Positions 56,899-64,000 of a stretch of DNA of 64,000 nt are shown piece by piece (the first letter of the stretch is position 1; each line of letters begins with the position of its first letter). Both the position numbers and the translations under genes were made by a program. The stretch lies in NCBI GenBank assembly GCA_028283955.1, contig JANQSP010000076.1, forward strand, positions 4,064-68,063. Direction: 5' to 3'. Under the pieces are notes generated by a model, which worked only from the letters and a program-made list of their open reading frames with translations, had not been told where the DNA came from and ran no database searches. The stretch comes from Bdellovibrionales bacterium (GTDB lineage Bacteria; Bdellovibrionota; Bdellovibrionia; Bdellovibrionales; UBA1609).

Positions 56899-56975
56899 TG
56901 TCATTCCCTCGGAGGCGGGGAATCCAGAAAAGTAACATACCTCAACCGGATCCCCGTTTCCACGGGGATGACGAT
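56899..56975. repeat. Two REP-like units in inverted orientation inside the mraY-murF gap
   Basis: GTCATTCCCTCGGAGGCGGGGAATCC (minus-sense unit), a spacer of about 22 nt, then GGATCCCCGTTTCCACGGGGATGACGATT. Confidence 0.7.
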
Positions 56976-56980
56976 TAATT

Positions 56981-58399
56981 TCAATCCGCTGACCAAGTGA
57001 AAGTCTCTACAGGCTCAAAATACTCCAATACTTTTTCCATCTGCATCTTTCTGGAAGCTTTAAAAGCCAATGAAGCAGAGGGGTCCAAACGAGAACGAAT
57101 TTTTTTAGCTATACCTGAATCAAACTGCTCGGAAAAATAAAACTCTGCTGAACAGTCGGCCTCTTTCAAAGCTTGAGCAAAAGAGTCCGCCTGAGAACCT
57201 ATAAACCAAATTAAGGAGATATCACTCATAGATAATTTTGACGCTACTTTTTTCTGAAAAGATTTCAAGTAAGAACCTAGTTCCAAAAAATCACCTAAAA
57301 TTAAAATCTTTTTTCCTTTTATCACCGGGGATAAAAAATACTCCAACAAAGCCATTACACTCTCCGGACTGGCATTATAGGCATCAAACAAAGCTTGAGC
57401 GCCAGAGGAAAGATTAAGCCATTGATTCCGACCCGCCGGCAAATGACAAAGAGAAAGACGTTCCCATATCCGACTTTCCTTTAAACCGGCAGCTAAAGCC
57501 AGTCCGGCCGCTGCCATCAGATTACTTAAATGGACCGCACCGACTACCGGCACAGAGACAAAACCTTTAACTCCTTGTAAATGGCCTTCAATAGACAAGC
57601 TGTTTTTTTTCACTTCTTTAAGTTCTAAAAACACATCCGCTTTCTCATCCTGTGAAGAGAAGCAAATCACTTTTTCCGGGCGTTCATGTGTTGTTAAATC
57701 TTTATACATTTTCTTCGTATAAAAATTATCCAAATTAAAAACATGCACCGCCTCCGGGGCATTAAGATAAATTTCCTTTTTTTCCTGAGCTATCCCCTCT
57801 CTACTCCCCAACATCCCTACATGCGAATCCCCTATTTGCGTTACCGTCACAATATCCGGTTGAGCCAACTGACACAAAAATTTAATCTCACCTTTCTGAT
57901 TCATACCTATTTCCTGAACCAGGATCTCTGTATCTTCCTTTGCAGATAAAAGAGTCAACGGGACACCATACATATTATTAAAACTCTTGGGACTCCCAAT
58001 GACTGAGAACGTATCCTCAAGCAGTTTTAGACAAAAACTCTTTGTTGTGGTTTTACCGGATGAACCGGTGATACCTATGACTGAAAACCTGTTTTTACTT
58101 CTCCAATAAGAAGCTAATCGGTGAAGAGCTTTAAGAGTGTCATCCACCTGTATCACTGATACTGAACTAATATCGACTGAAGATTTTTTATGAACAACCA
58201 AAGCTCCCACACCCGCCTTTAAAGCGGGCTGTAAAAAATCATGCCCGTCAAAGCGGGTACCTTGAATAGCAAAAAAAATTTTTTGTTTTAAATCGGATTC
58301 ACGGGAATCAATAGACACCCCTGCAAAAGAGGATTGATCCGCCCTTTGTAAAAACCGCCCTTTCACAACAGAACACAATTCTTCTGAACTTAAATTCAT
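56981..58399 (-). CDS. murF: UDP-N-acetylmuramoyl-tripeptide--D-alanyl-D-alanine ligase
   Basis: GITGSSGKTTTK, DAYNASPES. Position between murE and mraY. Confidence 0.9.
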   Translation of the reverse strand: MNLSSEELCSVVKGRFLQRADQSSFAGVSIDSRESDLKQKIFFAIQGTRFDGHDFLQPALKAGVGALVVHKKSSVDISSVSVIQVDDTLKALHRLASYWRSKNRFSVIGITGSSGKTTTKSFCLKLLEDTFSVIGSPKSFNNMYGVPLTLLSAKEDTEILVQEIGMNQKGEIKFLCQLAQPDIVTVTQIGDSHVGMLGSREGIAQEKKEIYLNAPEAVHVFNLDNFYTKKMYKDLTTHERPEKVICFSSQDEKADVFLELKEVKKNSLSIEGHLQGVKGFVSVPVVGAVHLSNLMAAAGLALAAGLKESRIWERLSLCHLPAGRNQWLNLSSGAQALFDAYNASPESVMALLEYFLSPVIKGKKILILGDFLELGSYLKSFQKKVASKLSMSDISLIWFIGSQADSFAQALKEADCSAEFYFSEQFDSGIAKKIRSRLDPSASLAFKASRKMQMEKVLEYFEPVETFTWSAD

Positions 58400-59869
58400 C
58401 TAACCAAAAAACTCCTTAACCACTTCCTCATCACTAAAAGGGTATCTTTTGACTCCTATAATTTGTTCCCTCTCATGCCCTTTACCGGCAATCAAAATAA
58501 CATCTTCTTTTTGAGAAGATTCTAAAGCCTGCCTGATAGCCTTCTTTCTATCCAACTCTACAACACATTTTTCTTTATCACTTACTCCCTTCATACAATC
58601 AGAAATAATGTTAAGTGGGTCTTCCTCACGAGGATTATCTGAAGTTAAAAAAAACCGATCCGAAAAACACTCCACTACCTGAGCCATAAGAGGGCGCTTC
58701 TCCTGATCCCTTTGTCCCCCACAACCAAAAACAGTAATAAGCCTGCTATCCTTGGCTTTTTTCTTTTGCAACAGAGATAAGACAGCCTCCAGAGCTTTAG
58801 GAGTATGAGCATAATCTACAAATACCAACGGCAAGCGCTCAGGACATACCCTCTGCATACGGCCCAGCACTCCGGGAAAACTTTTTAAAGCACGCACAGC
58901 CTCTTCCAAAGGAAAACCGGCTGCATGCACACAACATAAAGCCGCTACAGCGTTTGATACATTATAAACACCCGGCATTGGCACATATACATCCATCTCT
59001 TTTTTATCAAAATGCAATCTAAACAAAGTGCCTTTTAAATCATCTGATAAAATATCCCATGAAAAACGGGCTCCCTTTCTCCCATAAGAAATATAAGGGA
59101 CTTGAATCTCTCTTGCCAGAGTCACTCCATAAGGATCGTCCAAATTTAAAACAGCCAAAAAACGATTTGCCTTCATCAAAGAAGGGTTTACCTCAAACAT
59201 TTTCTTTTTTGCCTGAAAGTAATAAGACATGTCAGAGTGATAGTCTAAATGATCTTCCGAAAGATTGGTAAAAACTCCCAAATTAAAATCCACTCCTTTT
59301 ACTCTTTGCTGATCCAAACCAATACTGGAAACCTCCATGACAACAGCTTGCGCACCTCCGGAATAAAACCGATCAAGCAACCGGTATAATTCAGAAGGGT
59401 CCGGTGTAGTTAACATACTTTTCTCCCTCCACCCCCCAAACTGATTCTGAATTGTCCCAATAGAGCCTGTACGCCAACCACAATGAGAAAATAAAAAGGA
59501 CAGTATATTGGATACAGTCGTTTTTCCATTAGTACCGGTAATGCCAACACAAAACATTTTATCAGAAGGGAAATCGTAAAACTCATTTAACAAAACAGAT
59601 AAAATCTCATGCGTATCAGGCACCAAACAAACCAGGCCTTCAAAAGGAATGTTCTTAATCTGTTCTGTCCTTTCCACAACCAATACCTGGGCCCCTCTTT
59701 CCACTGCCATTCTCAAATAACCATGTCCGTCTGTTGTTCTGCCTTTCAAAGCGACAAAAACTGAACCCGGAACAACCTTTCTTGAATCCGTACAAATAGC
59801 AGAAATCTCACGAGATAGAGCTTTACCCTTACTCTGACATAAAGAAAGCAGCCGATCTTCTATATTCAC
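58400..59869 (-). CDS. murE: UDP-N-acetylmuramoyl-L-alanyl-D-glutamate--2,6-diaminopimelate ligase
   Basis: GITGTNGKTT, DYAHTP, DNPR motif (TSDNPREE). Confidence 0.9.
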   Translation of the reverse strand: MNIEDRLLSLCQSKGKALSREISAICTDSRKVVPGSVFVALKGRTTDGHGYLRMAVERGAQVLVVERTEQIKNIPFEGLVCLVPDTHEILSVLLNEFYDFPSDKMFCVGITGTNGKTTVSNILSFLFSHCGWRTGSIGTIQNQFGGWREKSMLTTPDPSELYRLLDRFYSGGAQAVVMEVSSIGLDQQRVKGVDFNLGVFTNLSEDHLDYHSDMSYYFQAKKKMFEVNPSLMKANRFLAVLNLDDPYGVTLAREIQVPYISYGRKGARFSWDILSDDLKGTLFRLHFDKKEMDVYVPMPGVYNVSNAVAALCCVHAAGFPLEEAVRALKSFPGVLGRMQRVCPERLPLVFVDYAHTPKALEAVLSLLQKKKAKDSRLITVFGCGGQRDQEKRPLMAQVVECFSDRFFLTSDNPREEDPLNIISDCMKGVSDKEKCVVELDRKKAIRQALESSQKEDVILIAGKGHEREQIIGVKRYPFSDEEVVKEFFG

Positions 59870-59898
59870 TTTCCCTTAACCTTTCACAAGTAAAAAAA

Positions 59899-61845
59899 TT
59901 AATCACTCAAAATCAACTGAATCTTCCGGCTCTGAGGAAGAGGAGATAAAGGGGAAGGAATAGTGCGTATAACCAGACCGGAGCCTTTTACCTTTAATTG
60001 CACTTTCTCTTTCCGGGCTTTTTGATAAGCTTTTCTTAAACTCAAACCAATGAAATTAGGTGTTTTTCCCTCTTCCGAAGACGATATATCCCTTTGAATT
60101 TTTCGCGCTTTGTGATTTTGTTTTGTTTTTTCCTGTAAAATATTTTTTTCGCTTATCAAAACCGGAGAAAGGCCGGATTGTCTGACGGCGTATTCCGCCA
60201 CTTTGGAAAACACAGGAGCCGCTACAGTGGAACCATAAAACTTTTTTTGTGGCTGATAAACCACTACATAAATAACAAATTTCGGGTCATGAGCAGGAAT
60301 AAATCCGGCAAAACTGGAAATATACTGCCCTTTAACATATCCCCCTTCTTTTGAGTCAACCACCTGCGCTGTACCTGTCTTTCCAGCTGATAAAAATCCC
60401 TTCACCTGTGCCTTACTTCCCGTTCCTCCTGCAGCCACAGCGGATATAAGCATTACTGTTAAGGTTTTTGCCTGATCCGGTGTAAGCACTCTGTTTAAAA
60501 CTTTTGAATCAAATACTTCCTTTCTTCCCTGTTCTTTATAATATACGGCTTCCACCAAAGACGGCTGTCTTAACACACCACCATTAGCAATAGCGGCATA
60601 GGCTGTCACCATTTGTAAAGGAGTGACAGAAACAGCATGGCCAAAGCCTATAGTGGCAACCTGTAACTGTTTCCAGGGAGGCTTATGTAAAATACCAGAA
60701 CTTTCTCCAGGAAAGGACAGTCCCAATTTAGACCCAAAGCCAAAGTCTTTCAGACTTTGATGCAAAAAGCTGTCTCCTATACCCAAAGCCACCTGAGCGG
60801 CTCCCACATTAGAGGAATAAGATAAAATCTCCCTTAAAGTCATTTCTTCAAATTGGTGAGTGGATTCCGCCTCTTTAATAATATGACCTTCAACAGAGAG
60901 TTGCCCACCCATACCATCATAACGGGTAGTAGGTGGAATATCCTTTTTTAAAGCAGTAGCTATAATAAAAGGCTTTAAAGTACTTCCCGGTTCAAAAGCA
61001 TCTGTAACAGAACGATTTCTACGCAAATGGGGATCAGCTCCAAAAGGTTTGTTAAGATTAAAAGAAGGGGAATGAGCCATAGCCAGAATTTTACCGGTTT
61101 GAGGTTCCATGATCACACCCAGCGCCGACTGTGCTGAATACTCCTGGACAACTTTTTTTAATTCTTTTTCAAAAAAAAATTGCAGATCACTATCAATAGT
61201 CAGATAAATATCCGCTCCATTCGCCCTCAAGGTAATTAAATTTTTTGTATTGATATCAGAAAAAAGAGGCCGCCCCATAGCATCCTTGCGAACCAGTACA
61301 CGTTTTTCTTCACCACTTAAAATTTTATCGTAACTTAACTCAATCCCTTCCAAGCCACGTCCTTCGTGTCCGACAAAACCAAGTGTCTGAGCCAAAAGAG
61401 AACCATTAGGATAGACTCTCTTTGGTTCCTCCAAAAAAGCCAGGCCTTTTATACCCCAGGAATGCACAATCTTTGATTGCTTTTCACCAATATGTCTCTT
61501 CAACCATACAAACCGACGATTCTTATTACTAATCTTTTTATAAATCTGACTATAGGGAACCTTTAAAAGCCGACTGAGTTTTCTAGCGGTGGATTTTGGA
61601 TTTTTAATTAAAAAAGGATCAGCAAAAAGAGACTGAGCTGCAACAGTAATAGCCAGCTCCCGACCATGACGATCATAGATGATTCCCCTCCGGGGTTTTA
61701 GTTTTATCACTGTTTCAAAATTTTTTTTCTTCGCGGAAATGAGCCTCTGATCCGGAAAAAATTGTAACCAGGCTCCCCTAATAACGAAAGAACCATAAAA
61801 AAAACATAAAACCAGACAAACAAAAATAATTCTGGATTTCATCAA
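59899..61845 (-). CDS. ftsI: Penicillin-binding protein 3 / FtsI transpeptidase with a C-terminal PASTA-like extension
   Basis: N-terminal TM. SxxK (STLKP), SSN, KTGT motifs. C-terminal PNFIGLSLRKA...LKVKGSGLV. Confidence 0.9.
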   Translation of the reverse strand: MMKSRIIFVCLVLCFFYGSFVIRGAWLQFFPDQRLISAKKKNFETVIKLKPRRGIIYDRHGRELAITVAAQSLFADPFLIKNPKSTARKLSRLLKVPYSQIYKKISNKNRRFVWLKRHIGEKQSKIVHSWGIKGLAFLEEPKRVYPNGSLLAQTLGFVGHEGRGLEGIELSYDKILSGEEKRVLVRKDAMGRPLFSDINTKNLITLRANGADIYLTIDSDLQFFFEKELKKVVQEYSAQSALGVIMEPQTGKILAMAHSPSFNLNKPFGADPHLRRNRSVTDAFEPGSTLKPFIIATALKKDIPPTTRYDGMGGQLSVEGHIIKEAESTHQFEEMTLREILSYSSNVGAAQVALGIGDSFLHQSLKDFGFGSKLGLSFPGESSGILHKPPWKQLQVATIGFGHAVSVTPLQMVTAYAAIANGGVLRQPSLVEAVYYKEQGRKEVFDSKVLNRVLTPDQAKTLTVMLISAVAAGGTGSKAQVKGFLSAGKTGTAQVVDSKEGGYVKGQYISSFAGFIPAHDPKFVIYVVVYQPQKKFYGSTVAAPVFSKVAEYAVRQSGLSPVLISEKNILQEKTKQNHKARKIQRDISSSEEGKTPNFIGLSLRKAYQKARKEKVQLKVKGSGLVIRTIPSPLSPLPQSRKIQLILSD

Positions 61846-61864
61846 AAAACCTCACTAGAAAATC

Positions 61865-62164
61865 TCATTGAGGAACAGCTGCCTTCTCTCCAATAACCAA
61901 AATCACCTGTCCTTCCTTGGCCCAATTCAAAGTCATTCTGGAGTGCGCCCATTTTTCCAATCTTTCTGAACGAGTAAGATGAGCCTGTTTCATCAGGTTC
62001 TTATAATACTGATCCTGAAGGGCACCATAATAACGGGATCTGACTAAAAAAGCATAGTTCATACTTCTTAGCTCCATCTTGAATAACACAATAACAAACA
62101 AAGCACAGATGATAATAACCACATTAAAAAAGGGTTTGAAATTATATTGGGATAGATCATACAT
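61865..62164 (-). CDS. ftsL: Cell-division protein FtsL-like
   Basis: 99 aa, single TM (VVIIICALFVIVLF) followed by a short coiled coil. Canonical position between rsmH and ftsI. Confidence 0.65.
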   Translation of the reverse strand: MYDLSQYNFKPFFNVVIIICALFVIVLFKMELRSMNYAFLVRSRYYGALQDQYYKNLMKQAHLTRSERLEKWAHSRMTLNWAKEGQVILVIGEKAAVPQ

Positions 62165-62166
62165 TT

Positions 62167-63087
62167 TTATTGATCGCCTTTTTTTTCAAATACCCGAAGT
62201 TTGGCACTACGGGCTCTTGGATTTCTTCTCATTTCCTCTCTACAAGGTAAGATTACTTTTTTAGTCAGGTTTTGTCCCTCTACTTTATGCGCCTGCTTAA
62301 AAAAATTTTTTACAATTCGATCCTCCAATGAATGAAAAGTTAAAACAAATAACCTGCCCATTGGATTAAGAGACTGAATCATCCCCGGCAGGCTGTCGCT
62401 TAACCCCTCCAGCTCATTATTTACCTTCAATCTAAGCGCCAAAAAATAAGGTGTTGCCGGATGAACCCCCTTTTTCCTCCACCCTTTTTTCTTTACAATC
62501 AAATCCGCCAGTTCTTTTGTGCTCCTTAGCGGCGCATATTTTCTTTGCCTTAGAATGGCTTTTACTACAGAAGAAGCTGTGTATATCTCCCCATAGGAAC
62601 GAAATAAATCCATCAACTCCCTCTCATTCCAGGAGTTTACAATATCACTGGCAGACAACTCCTGTGTTCTATCCATCCTCATATCCAAAGGCCCATCTCT
62701 GTAAAAACTAAAACCCCTATGTGCCTGGTCCAACTGAGGTGAACTCACACCCAAATCCACAATAATTATATCAAACCCAGCCCCCTTCAAAAACACAGGA
62801 AACCGATGTTTCATTAAATGAGAATACTGATGAAAGTTGGCATGAATTAAATGCAAAGATCTCTCAGGCACATGGGGTTTTACATTTTTTACCCCCCACT
62901 CAATGGAAGATAAATCACGATCCATAGCTATTATTGAGAAAGAAGGATGACGATGAAGGACCGCTTTTGTATGACCACCTGCTCCAAAAGTCGCATCCAA
63001 CATCCATTTGTTATGAAAGGAAGAAGGAAAAAGCGATAAAATTTCCTCTACAAATATCGGCTCATGTCTAAAAGAAGAGGCATCCAT
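62167..63087 (-). CDS. rsmH: 16S rRNA (cytosine1402-N4)-methyltransferase
   Basis: HEPIFVEEIL, DATFGAGGHT, DLGVSSPQLD, SLEDRIVK. Confidence 0.95.
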   Translation of the reverse strand: MDASSFRHEPIFVEEILSLFPSSFHNKWMLDATFGAGGHTKAVLHRHPSFSIIAMDRDLSSIEWGVKNVKPHVPERSLHLIHANFHQYSHLMKHRFPVFLKGAGFDIIIVDLGVSSPQLDQAHRGFSFYRDGPLDMRMDRTQELSASDIVNSWNERELMDLFRSYGEIYTASSVVKAILRQRKYAPLRSTKELADLIVKKKGWRKKGVHPATPYFLALRLKVNNELEGLSDSLPGMIQSLNPMGRLFVLTFHSLEDRIVKNFFKQAHKVEGQNLTKKVILPCREEMRRNPRARSAKLRVFEKKGDQ

Positions 63088-63119
63088 TAGTATCTATAAT
63101 GCATCTTGTTATAGCCATT

Positions 63120-63587
63120 TTATAAAGTTTTAACAAAATTCAATACCTCTTGAGCATGATCCGCCACTCTTACTTTTCTCCATTCTTTAACGAGTTCACC
63201 CTTTTTGTTTAATACAAAGGTACTACGTTCAATACCCATCACTTTTTTTCCATAATTATTTTTTTCCTTAATGACATCAAAGGCTCGACAAAGCTTTTCA
63301 TCAGGGTCACTGATCAGATCAAAAGAATAAGCGTACTTTTTCTTAAACTTTTCATGAGAAGCAAGACTATCCCTTGATACTCCCAAGATCCGGGTTTTAC
63401 AATTCCGAAACTTCTTGTGTAAGCGGGTGAAATCCTGCCCTTCAGTAGTGCAGCCAGGAGTATCATCCTTAGGGTAAAAATAGATTACAATATTTTCACC
63501 TGCAAAATCCTTTAAGCACAGTGTTTTATTACCTGTGGCAGAAAGAGTTATATTAAGTGCTTTGGCAAGCGAATTTTTTACAGACAT
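63120..63587 (-). CDS. bcp: Thioredoxin-dependent peroxiredoxin Bcp
   Basis: IYFYPKDDTPGCTTEG peroxidatic Cys motif. 155 aa. Confidence 0.9.
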   Translation of the reverse strand: MSVKNSLAKALNITLSATGNKTLCLKDFAGENIVIYFYPKDDTPGCTTEGQDFTRLHKKFRNCKTRILGVSRDSLASHEKFKKKYAYSFDLISDPDEKLCRAFDVIKEKNNYGKKVMGIERSTFVLNKKGELVKEWRKVRVADHAQEVLNFVKTL

Positions 63588-63648
63588 AATTTAAAAAATA
63601 TGTTATTTTTCCTCTTTACACTCTTAACCTCCAACAAAGAAACAGTCA

Positions 63649-64000
63649 ATGCTTGAGATAAAAACATCTGTTTTAATCACCGAAAAAAAGATACAGAAAA
63701 GAGTTCAGGAACTGGCTGAAATTCTTAATAAAAAATTTGAAAATAAACAACTGACCGCCATTGGAATATTAAAAGGTTCTTTTTCCTTCTATTCCGATTT
63801 GATACGCTCTCTTTCCTGTCGGGTATCATGTGACTTCTGCATGACATCCAGTTACGGAAAAAAAGCAGAACCTTCAAAAGAAGTAAAACTCACTATGGAT
63901 ACAGTCTTAAATATCTCAGGAAAGCACATTCTTCTCGTTGAGGACATTGTGGATCGAGGTTTAACTCTGAGTTTTTTACAGTCTCATTTTAAAAATCGCA
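63649..64000 (+). CDS. hpt: Hypoxanthine phosphoribosyltransferase (5' part; runs off the right window edge)
   Basis: Hand translation MLEIKTSVLITEKKIQKRVQELAEILNKKF..LTAIGILKGSFSFYSDLIR.......DFCMTSSYG.....KEVKL..D.....GKHILLVEDIVDRGLTLSFL. The PRPP loop is VEDIVD-G-T. Not in the ORF track because no stop is reached. Confidence 0.85.
   Translation, partial: MLEIKTSVLITEKKIQKRVQELAEILNKKFENKQLTAIGILKGSFSFYSDLIRSLSCRVSCDFCMTSSYGKKAEPSKEVKLTMDTVLNISGKHILLVEDIVDRGLTLSFLQSHFKNR

Noticed and set aside
1-64000. CRISPR arrays, rRNA genes, transposases, integrases, reverse transcriptases, prophage structural genes
   Set aside because: I looked for regularly spaced direct repeats and for hallmark motifs in all long ORFs and recognised none. 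Short repeats or very divergent enzymes could have escaped reading by eye.

Overview
AT-rich (about 35-40% GC by eye, not computed) chromosomal segment of a diderm bacterium. I call about 75 protein genes and 5 tRNAs. I saw no rRNA, CRISPR array, transposase, integrase or reverse transcriptase. Spirochaete-style lipoboxes (..SC/..GC), RNase Y and many paralogous lipoproteins suggest a Leptospira-like or Bdellovibrionota/Oligoflexia-like organism, but I cannot resolve this without a database search.

Layout:
(1) 1-7250 is a decaying accessory island that ends at tRNA-Tyr/tRNA-Thr. It holds two copies of an NYN-nuclease gene head (one killed by an in-frame TGA), each preceded by a covarying two-hairpin leader. 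It also holds a HigB/HigA module, a Cys-rich repeat lipoprotein, a PD-(D/E)XK (HsdR-N-like)+RAMA/DUF4357-like nuclease followed by three orphan genes, a frameshifted repeat gene and an LRR lipoprotein.
(2) 7.6-36.5 kb is mostly core. It contains MBL hydrolase, HIT, L31-B, S4, L33 (absent from the ORF track, TTG start), pdxH and a complete distal valine-catabolism operon (mmsA, isobutyryl-CoA dehydrogenase, HIBCH, mmsB, crotonase). It continues with gloB, rny, trpS, plsC, two tandem vWA lipoprotein paralogs, serS, maf, DUF2157+GDYXXLXY, lgt, TraB/GumN and hsp20. It ends with an MFS-rhodanese-N-acyltransferase operon, hppA, and rpmB translationally coupled to a short L24-like gene.
(3) 36.7-50.5 kb holds rpsR, an alginate-export-like porin, a DUF3137-like gene, oxyR-ahpC-ahpD, a lipoprotein/Sel1 cluster around tRNA-Pro, a modular repeat lipoprotein and a second TraB/GumN.
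(4) 50.5-64 kb holds tRNA-Ser, tRNA-Arg, grxB and ggt. It then holds a dcw block (rsmH-ftsL-ftsI-murE-murF-mraY-murD) with no mraZ, preceded by bcp, and a partial hpt.

A family of ATTCCC-N8-GGGAAT(GACG) palindromic repeats occurs in at least four intergenic gaps, including the mraY-murF gap.

The best candidates for something undescribed are the nuclease-plus-orphans operon and the structured NYN leader in the island. All homology calls come from motif recognition by eye, not from searches.
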